Positions 44,325-53,633 of a stretch of DNA of 64,000 nt are shown in pieces. Positions within the stretch are counted from its first letter, which is position 1. Each line of letters starts with the position of its first letter. The DNA lies in assembly GCA_963769465.1 (NCBI GenBank), contig CAVYMA010000019.1, positions 50,644 through 114,643 on the forward strand. The letters are read 5' to 3'. The DNA comes from an uncultured Alphaproteobacteria bacterium. GTDB lineage: Bacteria > Pseudomonadota > Alphaproteobacteria > Geminicoccales > Geminicoccaceae. Under the pieces are notes generated by a model that saw only the letters and a program-made list of their open reading frames with translations, searched no databases and was not told where the DNA came from. A program made the position numbers and the translations under genes.

Positions 44325-45134
44325 TCAGCTGCCGGTGGTCAGCAGATAGCCGATCATCGCGGCACCGACGGCGATCCGATACCAGCCGAACGGGGCGAAG
44401 GTGTGGGTCGCGAGGAAGCTCACGAAGGCCCGCACGACGATGATCGCGGTGACGAACGCCGCGAGCGAGGCCACGGCGATGTCGAGGCCGAGGGCGGCAT
44501 CGAGGCGGTCCCAGCCCTTGATCAGGTCGAGCAGGCTGGCACCCATCATGGTCGGGATGGCGAGGAAGAACGAGAACTCGGCCGCGGCCTTGCGGTCGAG
44601 GCCGAGGAGCACCCCGCCCATGATGGTGGCACCGGCGCGCGACACACCCGGGATCATCGAGACGGTCTGACACAGGCCGATGCCCAGCGCGGTGGCCGGC
44701 GGCACCTCGGCGGTGTCGTGGAAGCGCGGCCGGTGCGCCATGCGCTCGATCAGCAGGATCACCACGCCGCCGACGAGCAGGGCAACGGCCACCACCCAGG
44801 GCGTGAACAGCACGCGCTTCATGAAGTCGTCGAGGGCCAGCCCCAGGACCACCGACGGGACGAACGCGAGGGCGATGGCGATCACGAAGCGGCGCGCCTC
44901 GGGCTTGCTCGGCAGGTCGAGGAGCACCCGCCACAGCCGGCCGAAATAGAGCAGGCAGATGGCGAGGATGGCCGCGAGCTGGATCACGAACACCAGCACC
45001 TCGAAGCGCTCGACCGGATAGCCCAGGAAGTCGCGCGCGAGGATCAGGTGGCCGGTCGAGGACACCGGGATGAACTCGGTGATGCCTTCCACCACCCCCA
45101 GGACCAGGGCATCGAACAGGTAGCTCTCGGCCAA
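44325..45134 (-). CDS. uppP: Undecaprenyl-diphosphate phosphatase
   Basis: VEGITEFIPVSSTGH, PGVSRAGATI, AEFSFFLAIP. Confidence 0.95.
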   Translation of the reverse strand: MAESYLFDALVLGVVEGITEFIPVSSTGHLILARDFLGYPVERFEVLVFVIQLAAILAICLLYFGRLWRVLLDLPSKPEARRFVIAIALAFVPSVVLGLALDDFMKRVLFTPWVVAVALLVGGVVILLIERMAHRPRFHDTAEVPPATALGIGLCQTVSMIPGVSRAGATIMGGVLLGLDRKAAAEFSFFLAIPTMMGASLLDLIKGWDRLDAALGLDIAVASLAAFVTAIIVVRAFVSFLATHTFAPFGWYRIAVGAAMIGYLLTTGS

Positions 45135-45201
45135 GTCGGCATCTCCGGGGCTGGGTGGGGCGCCCGTTGGATGGCGGTGGCCGCGGCCACAAGTCAAACG
45201 T

Positions 45202-46107
45202 TCACGCCGGCGGCGGTGGTCCGCAGGGCCGGTCGAGCCGCGACGGGGGCGGGCGGCCGTCGACCCAGGCCAGGATGTCGGCGAACACGGTCTCGCGCTG
45301 GTGGTCGCGCAGCAGGAGATGCCAGCCGTTCAGATAGGCGACCACCGAGCAGGTTTCGGGCGGCAGCATCGCCACGAACCGGCGCGAGGCCGCCGGGGGC
45401 ACGATCTGGTCGCGGGCACCCAGGAGCACCAGCGTCGGCAGCCGCAGATCGGCGGCCGCGGCCTGGCCCTCGATCATCAGCTCGACCAGCCCGGCCACGG
45501 CGTCCAGCCGCGTGTAGCGCAGGTAGAGCGGATCGCGCCCCAGCGCCCGCAGCATCTGGATGTTGTCCGACGCCTGCCGGCCGAGGCGGCGGCCGCTGAC
45601 CCTGAGCATCGGCGCGATGCTGGCCAGGACGCGCAGGGTCGCGAGGTAGGATTCGGGCAGGTCCGTACCGTTCCAGACCGCCGGTGCGGCCAGGATCAGC
45701 CCGGCCACCGGCGGAGGATCGGGGCTCGCCGCCGCCGCCAGCGCCACAGCACCGCCCATGCTCTCGCCGAGCACGAAGACCGGCACCCCGGGGTGCCGTT
45801 GCCTCGCGGATGCGACCGCCCCGTCCAGCGCGCGGACCAGCTCGGCCGTGCCCGGCCAGCGGCCGCGCGCGTGATGGGCGCCGAAGCCCGGCTGGTCGTA
45901 GGCCTCCACCGCCACGCCGTTGCCGGCGGCGAAGCGGCCGAACTCGGCGAACGCGGCCCGGTAGTCGTTGAAGCCGTGCAGTGCCACGATCACCGCCCGC
46001 GGCGAGGTCGGCGGTGCCCAGCTGGCGATCAGGCCGTCAGGCGGCGCGGCCGGCGGCGTGGCGCAGGCGCCGAGAAGGAGCAGCAGGGCCAGGAGGCCGC
46101 GGCGCAA
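45202..46107 (-). CDS. Lipoprotein alpha/beta hydrolase (lysophospholipase-like)
   Basis: Lipobox LGAC, HGFNDY, GESMGG, WHLLLRD. Confidence 0.85.
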   Translation of the reverse strand: MRRGLLALLLLLGACATPPAAPPDGLIASWAPPTSPRAVIVALHGFNDYRAAFAEFGRFAAGNGVAVEAYDQPGFGAHHARGRWPGTAELVRALDGAVASARQRHPGVPVFVLGESMGGAVALAAAASPDPPPVAGLILAAPAVWNGTDLPESYLATLRVLASIAPMLRVSGRRLGRQASDNIQMLRALGRDPLYLRYTRLDAVAGLVELMIEGQAAAADLRLPTLVLLGARDQIVPPAASRRFVAMLPPETCSVVAYLNGWHLLLRDHQRETVFADILAWVDGRPPPSRLDRPCGPPPPA

Positions 46108-47019
46108 TCAGCACACCTTGGCGTCGGCTTCCGCGGCCAGTCCGATCATGCGCCAGACATCGTCGGGGGTCCGGCGACAGTCGCGCAGGTGGCGCAGGGT
46201 GATGGCGCGGTTGCGCTTGGCGAGGCGCTGGCCGCTGCTGTCCGCGATCAGGTTGTGGTGGTAGTAGCGCGGCGTGCGCAGGCCCAGGAGCGCCTGGAGC
46301 AGCCGGTGGATGTGGGTGGCGTGGAACAGGTCCTCGCCACGGGTCACCAGGGTGACCCCCTGCAGATGGTCGTCGACCGTCACCGCCAGGTGGTAGCTCG
46401 TCGGGATGTCCTTGCGCGCCAGGACCACGTCGCCCAGGCTCAAGGGATCGGCGGTGACCAGGCCGGCCCGGATGTCCTCCCAGAACAGCGGCCCGGTGCG
46501 GGCGAGCGCCTTGCCGACATCCAGGCGCAGGGCATAGGGCTCGCCGTTCTTGATCCGCCATGCCCCCTCGGCGGGGTCGAGGTCGCGGCAGATGCCGGGA
46601 TAGAGCGCCTCGCCCGAAGGCCCGTGCGGCGCGCGGCCGGCCTGGTCGACCTCCATGCGGATCTGGCGGCGGGTGCAGAAGCAGGGATAGGTCACCCCGA
46701 GCCGGCGCAGCTCGTCGAGCGTGGCCTGGTAGACCTCGAGATGCTCCGACTGGCGGCGGACCTTGCCGTCCCAGTGGATGCCCAGCCAGGTCAGGTCCTC
46801 GTAGATGCCCTGCTCGAACTCGGGCCGGCTGCGCTGGCGGTCGATGTCCTCGATGCGCAGGAGGAAGCTGCCGCCGGAGTAGCGCGCCGCCTCGTAGCCG
46901 AACAGGGCGGAGTAGGCGTGGCCCAGATGCAGGTAGCCGCTCGGGCTCGGCGCGAAGCGCGTCACCTGCGGCGGCTCGCCCTCGGCGGGGACGGGGAGGA
47001 AATCGCTGCCCTTGATCAT
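46108..47019 (-). CDS. gluQ: Glutamyl-Q tRNA(Asp) synthetase
   Basis: RFAPSPSGYLHLGH, RIEDID, YPCFCTR, RLAKR; no anticodon-binding domain. Confidence 0.9.
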   Translation of the reverse strand: MIKGSDFLPVPAEGEPPQVTRFAPSPSGYLHLGHAYSALFGYEAARYSGGSFLLRIEDIDRQRSRPEFEQGIYEDLTWLGIHWDGKVRRQSEHLEVYQATLDELRRLGVTYPCFCTRRQIRMEVDQAGRAPHGPSGEALYPGICRDLDPAEGAWRIKNGEPYALRLDVGKALARTGPLFWEDIRAGLVTADPLSLGDVVLARKDIPTSYHLAVTVDDHLQGVTLVTRGEDLFHATHIHRLLQALLGLRTPRYYHHNLIADSSGQRLAKRNRAITLRHLRDCRRTPDDVWRMIGLAAEADAKVC

Positions 47020-47141
47020 GCCGGCCCTGCGGGTCCTCGCCTCTGGGCCGCCACCTCGCGGGTTGAGCGCAGCCTCGAGCAGGATCATGATCGGCGGCGT
47101 GGGGCGGCGCAATGCCCCGATTACCACAGCCAGGAGCCAAC

Positions 47142-47796
47142 ATGGCCCAGCTCAGCGGGCCCGGCTTCGGGCCGGGCGCCGGCGGCCCGCCGCGCCAGCT
47201 CGTGATCCTGCTCCACGGCGTCGGCGCCGACGGCCAGGACCTGATCGGGCTGGCCCCCATGCTGGCCCGCGACCTGCCGCATGCCCGGTTCGTGGCACCC
47301 GACGGACCGCAGGCCTGCGACCTCGCCCCCTATGGCCGGCAATGGTTCAGCCTCCAGGACCGCCGTCCCGCCAGCATGCTGGCCGGCGTCGCGCGCACCG
47401 CACCCCTGCGTCGACGCGTTCATCGACGAGGAGCTCGCGCGCCACGGGCTCGACGATGCCAGCCTCGCCCTGGTCGGCTTCTCCCAGGGCACCATGACCT
47501 CGCTGCATGTCGGCCCGCGCCGGCCGCGGCCGATGGCCTGCATCCTGGGCTTCTCGGGTGCCCTGGTCGGTGCGGCCACGCTGGCGGCCGAGGCGCGCAG
47601 CCGGCCGCCGGTGATGCTGATCCACGGCGACGCCGACGACGTCGTGCCGGTCGGGGCCCTGTTCGACGCGGTCGACGGACTGCAGGCGGCGGAGATCCCG
47701 GTGCAGTGGATCGTCCGGCCCAACCTGCCGCACAGCATCGACCCCGAGGGCATCGCCGCGGGCGGCCGCTTCCTGCGCGAGACGCTGCCCCGCTAA
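47142..47796 (+). CDS. Phospholipase/carboxylesterase (frameshift near 47405)
   Basis: LLHGVGADG, GFSQG, HGDADDVV, HSID. Confidence 0.85.
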
Positions 47797-48486
47797 GACC
47801 GTCCGCGTGGCGACGATCCGCGCCACGATCGCTTCCCGCTCGGTCCGCGAGGCGGTCAGCAGGGCGCGCGAGCGCGCCACCACCGCGGCGGGTGCCGTGT
47901 CGGGATGGCCCGCGGTGAACGGTGGTGCCGGCGCGTATTCCAGCATCAGCTGGATCGTCTGGGCCTGCTCGGGGCCGAGCAGCTCGGCCACCACCGCCAG
48001 CGCCATGTCGATCCCCGCGGTCACCCCGCCGCCGCTGATGAACCGCCCGTCGACCACGACCCGGTCCGGTACCGGGACCGCACCCAGCGGCGCCAGCAGG
48101 TCGTGGCTGGCCCAATGGGTCGTGGCCCGGCGGCCCGTCAGGAGGCCGGCGGCGGCCAGCACCAGCGCTCCGGTGCAGACCGAGGTCACGTAGCGGGCGG
48201 ATTCGGCCTGCCGGCGCAGGAACGCCAGCACCTCCTCGTCCTCCATGAGCGGGTTCACGCCCACGCCGCCGGGAATGCAGATCACGTCGAGCGGCGGCGT
48301 CTCGGCGAGGGTGGTGTCGGGGAGCAGGACGAGGCCGGTCACCGAGACGATGGGCGCAAGGTCCTTCCAGATCAGGCGGACCTTCGCGCCCGGGATGGAG
48401 GCGAACACCTCGTAGGGGCCGGTCAGGTCCAGCTGCTGGACCTTGGGGAACACCAGGATGCCGATCTGCAGCGCTGTCATTGCCAT
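47793..48486 (-). CDS. DJ-1/PfpI family protein (isonitrile hydratase-like); 3' end inferred
   Basis: QQLDLTGP, PGG.G, SVCTGAL, GVTAGID, EYAPAPPF; the natural stop appears shifted by an indel. Confidence 0.85.
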
Positions 48487-48572
48487 CTCTCCCGCTTGAC
48501 GCCGCCATCCTATCCGGGCCACTTTTGGCGGATATGACAGATACCCCTCGTTTTCCGCCAAATGGGCCGCCG

Positions 48573-49542
48573 ATGGCGGTGACGGTTCTGGCCTTCGACG
48601 GCTGCCAGCTGCTCGATGTCGCCGGACCGCTGCAGGTCTTCGCCTCGTGCAACGATCTGCTGGCCCAGACCGGCCGACCGCCCGTCTATGCCGCCCGGGT
48701 GCTGGCCAAGGGCGGCGGCCCGGTCACGACCTCCTCCGGCCTGCCCCTGGTCGCGGACGTGCTGCCGCCGGCCGGCGCCGCACCCGACACGCTGATCGTG
48801 GCCGGCGGCGGCGGGGTCGACGAGGCGGCCGCGGACCCGGTGCTGGTCGCGTGGCTGGCGGCGCAGGCCACCCTCGTGCGGCGGGTGGCCTCGGTCTGCA
48901 CGGGGGCCTTCCTGCTCGCTGCCACCGGCCTGCTCGACGGCCGCAGGGTCGCCACCCATTGGGGCTACTGCGAGCGGCTGGCCGCGCGCCATCCGCGGCT
49001 ATGCGTCGAGCGTGACCCGATCTTCGTCGTCGACGGCCGGTTCTGGAGTTCGGCTGGCGTGACCGCCGGGATCGACATGGCGCTGGCCATGGTCGAGGCC
49101 GACCTCGGGCGCGAAGTGGCGCTGGCGGTAGCCCGGCGGCTGGTCGTGTTCCTCAAGCGGCCCGGCGGCCAGGCGCAGTTCAGTGCGGCACTGGAGATGC
49201 AGCGCGACGACGCACTTCGCCTCACTGCACGACTGGATGCGCGAGCAGCTGGCCGACGACCTGACCCTGCCGGCACTGGCGGCGCGGGCGGGGATGAGCG
49301 AGCGCAGCCTGCTCCGCCACTACCGCGCCGCCTTGGGCACCACTCCGGCGCGCGCGGTTGAGCGCCTGCGTGTCGAGGCCGCCCGCCAGCGTCTGAGCGA
49401 CGGCGACCTCTCCATCAAGGCGATCGCGCGGAGCTGCGGCTTCGGCTCCGAGGAAACCATGCGCCGCAGTTTCCTGCGGCTTCTGGAGGTCAGCCCGCAG
49501 GCCTACCGCGAGCGGTTCCGCTCGAGTGCGCGCGCGGCCTAG
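48573..49542 (+). CDS. GlxA-family AraC regulator (frameshift near 49220)
   Basis: LLDVAGP, SVCTGAF, SSAGVTAGID, KRPGGQAQFS, C-terminal HTH with CGFGSEETMRRSF. Confidence 0.9.
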
Positions 49543-50181
49543 AACCGGATGAACGGATTCAGGAAGCGGCCGAAGCGGCCGGTCAGCCGCAACGGGGCGT
49601 CGGTCACGGCGAGGCAAAGACAGTCCTGGTCCTCGTCCGCCACCGGGCAGTGGTCGAGCGAGCTGTCGGCGATCACGAGGTCGCCGCGGCCATAGTGGCC
49701 GGTCTCGTCGTGGAAGGCGCCGTCCAGCACCACCGTGAGCTCGCTGCCCTCGTGGGTGTGCTGCGGCACCTGCCGGCCGGCCTTGACCCGGATCAGCGTG
49801 GTCCGATAGCCGGGCGCCCTGATCGGCAGCTCCAGCTCGGCCGCCGCACCGTAGTTGCGCCACCGCAGGGTCTCGAGCGGACCCGGCACGTAGTCACGCA
49901 AGGGCTGCGGCAGCCGCAGATCGGCCGCCACCGCCCGGCAGTCCAGCTCCGGTGCGCGCCTCGTCCAGCTGCGCCTCCAGCCGCTCCCAGGCGTCGGCCG
50001 CAAGCTCGGCCGGCTCCAGCTCGTCGAGGAGGGCTCCGCCCACCGCCTCGTAGCGCCGGTAGCGGGCCCGTGCCGCCGGGTTCAGGGCGAGGTGCGTCGC
50101 CACGGCCAGGCCCACCGGCTCCGGCAGCTTGCCGGCGGCGTGGGCGATCAGGAGATCGTCGACGTTGCGATGCTCAGTCAT
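49539..50181 (-). CDS. chrR: Anti-sigma factor ChrR (frameshift near 49955)
   Basis: LLIAHAAGKL...ATHL...EAVGGALL anti-sigma domain; cupin PQHTHEGSELTVVLDGAF. Confidence 0.9.
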
Positions 50182-50885
50182 GCGTTCAAACCATTGAGCA
50201 AGAGGCGCAATTTGCTGAGCGCCAACCGCAGCCTTGATTTTACCGTCCCCAGCGGCAGGCCGAGCTCGTCGGCGATGACGCTGTGGGGCTTTTCTTCGAA
50301 GTAGAAGATGCGCAGGAGTTGGGCCTGCTCGACGGGCAGCTTCGCCACGGCCTCCATCACCACGCGCCGGGTCTGCTCGGCCTCGGCGAAATGGTCGCCG
50401 CGCGGGGCGAGGTCGCCGTCGCCGACCAGGGCGGGGTCCTCGGGGTCGAAGTCCGGCCGGCGCTCGCGACGCAGGGCGTCGATGCGCTTGTTGCGGGCGA
50501 TCGTGTAGACCCAGGTGCTGAGCGCGGCGCGGCTGCGGTCGAACTGCTGCGCCCGCCGCCAGATCGCCAGCATCACGTCCTGCATCAGGTCCTCGGCGAC
50601 CGCGTCCTCGGCACCGAGGCGGCGCAGGTACGCCTTCACCCGCGGGCCGTAGAACGCGAAGATCCGCGCGAAGGCCGCCCGGTCGCTGCACTCCGCCACG
50701 GCCCTGATGTCCGCCTCGAGCCGCGCTTCCAGGCTTTCGTCCAACGTCGACATGCGTGCCATCATGCCCGTCGGCGTCGGCGACGCAATGCACCCCACTG
50801 CAGATCTGCCCATGATCGACCGCACGCCCCATGCCACCATCGCATCTACGGCGCGATCGGCGAGATGGATCATCGCGGTCGCCAT
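50178..50885 (-). CDS. rpoE: ECF sigma factor RpoE (ChrR-associated); start uncertain
   Basis: DRAAF..F..Y.PRVKAY, TWVYTIARNKRID, LGTVKSRLRLA; overlaps chrR. Confidence 0.92.
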   Translation of the reverse strand: MATAMIHLADRAVDAMVAWGVRSIMGRSAVGCIASPTPTGMMARMSTLDESLEARLEADIRAVAECSDRAAFARIFAFYGPRVKAYLRRLGAEDAVAEDLMQDVMLAIWRRAQQFDRSRAALSTWVYTIARNKRIDALRRERRPDFDPEDPALVGDGDLAPRGDHFAEAEQTRRVVMEAVAKLPVEQAQLLRIFYFEEKPHSVIADELGLPLGTVKSRLRLALSKLRLLLNGLNA

Positions 50886-50892
50886 GGGTGCC

Positions 50893-51615
50893 TCAGCCGG
50901 CCACGCTGCTGCGGCCGCCGTCGACATGGATCACCTCCCCGGTGATGAAGCGGCCGTCGGCGCCGAGCAGGAGCGCCCCGACGCCGGCCAGGTCCTCCGG
51001 TTCCGCCACCCGACCCAGGGGGTGCTGGCGGGCGATGCCCTCGAGCAGCAGCTTGTTGCCGGTGAACGCGGCCGCGAGCGGCGTGCGGGTGAGCGTGGGT
51101 GCGATGGCGTTGACGCGGACCTTGGGTGCCAGGTCCGCCGCCAGCGAGCGGGTCAGGCCCTCCACGGCCGCCTTGACCGTGCCGGTGATGGCGTGGTTGC
51201 GAAAGCCGCTGCCGGCGGCGACGCTGGAGTAGAGCACCACCGCACCCTCGCCGGCCGCCAGGGCGGGTGCCGCTGCCTGGACGGCCAGCGCCGGGGCGGT
51301 GACGTTGAGCGCGAAGGCCGTGGCGAACTGGTCGGCGGTGAGGCGCTTGACCGGGGCGAGGTCGATCGAGCCCACCGCGAAGACGAGGCCGCCCAGCGCA
51401 CCGCCCGCGGCGGCGGCCGTGACGGCCCGCTCGACGTCGCCCGCCTGCAGGACATCGGCGGCGGTCACCTCCGCGCCCACCTCGGCCGCCAGCGTCTCGA
51501 GCTTTGTCCGGTCGCGGGCGACGAGGTGCAGCCGCTGGCCCTGTGCTGCCAGCCGCCGCGCCAGCGCCGCGCCGATGCCGCCGGTGGCGCCGAAGATGAG
51601 GATCGGAGCGCTCAT
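50893..51615 (-). CDS. SDR family oxidoreductase
   Basis: GATGGIG, KAAVEGLTRSLAA, RVNAIAP, ITGEVIHVDGG. Confidence 0.9.
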   Translation of the reverse strand: MSAPILIFGATGGIGAALARRLAAQGQRLHLVARDRTKLETLAAEVGAEVTAADVLQAGDVERAVTAAAAGGALGGLVFAVGSIDLAPVKRLTADQFATAFALNVTAPALAVQAAAPALAAGEGAVVLYSSVAAGSGFRNHAITGTVKAAVEGLTRSLAADLAPKVRVNAIAPTLTRTPLAAAFTGNKLLLEGIARQHPLGRVAEPEDLAGVGALLLGADGRFITGEVIHVDGGRSSVAG

Positions 51616-51648
51616 GCGCGATCTGTCCACTTCACTTGACGACAGGTT

Positions 51649-51674
51649 TACGTGACGGTTTCCGGTTCGGATCA
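51649..51674 (-). promoter_or_regulatory. RpoE (ChrR-type) promoter
   Basis: Minus strand TGATCC-N16-CGTA, about 35 bp upstream of the SDR ATG. Confidence 0.75.
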
Positions 51675-51700
51675 CCGTCGTGCGAAAAAAGTATGCGACG

Positions 51701-52444
51701 TCAGGTGCGCGACCAGTCGAACGCGGCGATGCGCGGATCCCGCGCGAACGCGTCGCGGCCGAAGACCAGCTCGATGGCCGGCGTCTCGCACCGCCCATAG
51801 ACCCCGGCATCGGCCAGCTTGAGGCGCCAGCTCTGCTGCCGGGTGGGCTTGCGGTCGAGGAAGGCGGCGCAGCTCAGCAGCGAGAGGTTGGTACCCTGGG
51901 CGGGATCGCGGGCCGACGCCGAGCGGATCGCCTGCACGCCACGGTCGCGGGCCGCGTCGGCGAGCGCATGGCAGGCCGCATAGTCGGTCGGGTGCCGCCA
52001 GTCCTCGCGGCGCCCGTCATGGGGCGGGCGGGTCAGGTCGAGGCAAAGCGGGGTGCCGTAGCGGACCGCGAAGGCGGTGAACTCGAGCGGATTGGCCGGC
52101 CAGGGCGTGCCCGGGCTCTCGACGAAGAAGAGCAGCCGCCAGAAGGCGATCTCCGCCACCGCCGTCGCCACCGCCTCCGCGGCATAGAACACCCCGGCGG
52201 TGGGGCCGGCGCGGCGGAACCGGGAATCGGCGCGCGCCTCGTAGCGGAAGGGCGTGAACAGGAGCCAGTGGAGATGGGCGCACCCGGCCGGCACCGGCGG
52301 CTTGGAGGCATCGAGCAGCTCTTCCAGCGTGCGCTGCTCTTGCGCGTCGTCGACCAGCTTCATGGTCGAGATCCGGTGCTGTGCTTCCACCAGCCGCCAG
52401 ATCTCGCCGCGCCGCGGGCCCGGATTGGGCTCCGGGTCAGACAA
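51701..52444 (-). CDS. RES-domain toxin (NAD+ phosphorylase family)
   Basis: WRLVEAQHR.STMKLVD...EQ..LE, LL.TPFRY, SRFRR, GVFYAAE. Confidence 0.88.
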   Translation of the reverse strand: MSDPEPNPGPRRGEIWRLVEAQHRISTMKLVDDAQEQRTLEELLDASKPPVPAGCAHLHWLLFTPFRYEARADSRFRRAGPTAGVFYAAEAVATAVAEIAFWRLLFFVESPGTPWPANPLEFTAFAVRYGTPLCLDLTRPPHDGRREDWRHPTDYAACHALADAARDRGVQAIRSASARDPAQGTNLSLLSCAAFLDRKPTRQQSWRLKLADAGVYGRCETPAIELVFGRDAFARDPRIAAFDWSRT

Positions 52445-52814
52445 GCGCGCGCCGGGAATCGAGATAGGCGAGCGTGCCGGTGAGGCCGGTGATGGTCTTC
52501 ATCGCGTCCAGCGGCGGGCAGCCCAGGACACTGTTCGGGTGGCGCAGCCAGGCCCGGGCGGCGGCCTCGTCGCCGCCCACGATCGCGTCCAGCGCGCGAA
52601 AGACGCGCACGAACAGCGTGGCCAGCTCCAGCGTCTTCGCGCTCTCCGGCAGGCGGCCGTCATGGGCCGCACGGCTCACCGCGGCCGGCGAGACGCCGAT
52701 GATCTCGCCGAGCTCGCGCTGCGTGATCCCCAGCCGCGCCGCGGCCCGCAGCGCGGCCTTGGTGAGCACGTCGACCGCGGCGAGCGCGTGGCCCGAGGGC
52801 CCCGGGATCGGCAT
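52437..52814 (-). CDS. Xre/MbcA/ParS antitoxin
   Basis: HTH (LGITQRELGEIIGVS), LFVRVFRALDAIVGG..AARAWL..PN; overlaps the toxin gene. Confidence 0.88.
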   Translation of the reverse strand: MPIPGPSGHALAAVDVLTKAALRAAARLGITQRELGEIIGVSPAAVSRAAHDGRLPESAKTLELATLFVRVFRALDAIVGGDEAAARAWLRHPNSVLGCPPLDAMKTITGLTGTLAYLDSRRALV

Positions 52815-52893
52815 GATGGCTTTCCCTTTGGCATTCCTCGGGGAAGAATATATCAGAATCCGCTCTACAGCAACGAACCGCCGCCCGGCCGGG

Positions 52894-53535
52894 TCACTTC
52901 GAGCCCTGGCGCATCATCGCCACGATGCCCGCCCCCAGCGCCAGCAGGAAGGCGGAGGCGAGGCCGGTGGTGACGGCCGAGACGAACCGCATTTTTGCCG
53001 CCTCCCAGCCGCGGGCGAGGCGGATCGCCATGCGCAGCCCTTCCTCGTCGCCCAGGCCCAGCCGCTCGAGCAGCTCGTCGATCGCCCGGCTGACGGCGGC
53101 GTCGGCCGCCTGCCGGGTGACCCGGTCGACCTCGGCGATGGTCTCGATCCGGTAGGCCATCAGCGACTGGGCGTTGGCGTGCTGCAGGAAGCCGCCGCGG
53201 GTGGCGAGCGGACCGCCGAGCCGATGGTCGGCGGCGGCGGTCCCGACCAGCGCGTCGAGCTGCCGCCGCACGCCCTCGGTCACCGCACCCGTGGTCACCA
53301 CGATGGGAATCCCGCCGGCACTGTCCTGCAGTGCCCGCAGCGTGGCGAGGCCCTCCGAATCCGGCAGGGTCGGATTGGCCAGGATCACGTCGGGATGCCA
53401 CGCACTCTTGGTGAGCACGCTCAGCGCCTCGGCCAGGGTGGCGGCCAGCCGCAGGTCGAACCGGGCGCCCAGCTCCCGCTGGATCGCCAAGGCCTCGACC
53501 GTGTTGTCCTCGATCACCAGCACGCGCAAGGCCAC
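52894..53535 (-). CDS. Degenerate receiver domain fused to a C-terminal membrane-anchored helical domain
   Basis: LRVLVIED...PDVILANPTLPDSEG...IPIVVTTG, then LERLGL.D...W..AK...TM helix. Confidence 0.7.
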   Translation of the reverse strand: MALRVLVIEDNTVEALAIQRELGARFDLRLAATLAEALSVLTKSAWHPDVILANPTLPDSEGLATLRALQDSAGGIPIVVTTGAVTEGVRRQLDALVGTAAADHRLGGPLATRGGFLQHANAQSLMAYRIETIAEVDRVTRQAADAAVSRAIDELLERLGLGDEEGLRMAIRLARGWEAAKMRFVSAVTTGLASAFLLALGAGIVAMMRQGSK

Positions 53536-53633
53536 GATCTCCTCGGGCGATCCCAGCAGCGCCGGAACACGGCAGGCGCTATCGTAGGATCATATCCCGA
53601 AAGATCTGCCAATGTAAAGAAGATAATCCTAAT

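Noticed and set aside
47347-47796. Extended DJ-1 C-terminus overlapping the esterase gene antisense
   Set aside because: Homology ends near 47800 and a TAG lies one base out of frame, so an indel is likely
51701-53633. TA region as a prophage or integrative element
   Set aside because: No integrase, transposase, tRNA or flanking direct repeats seen
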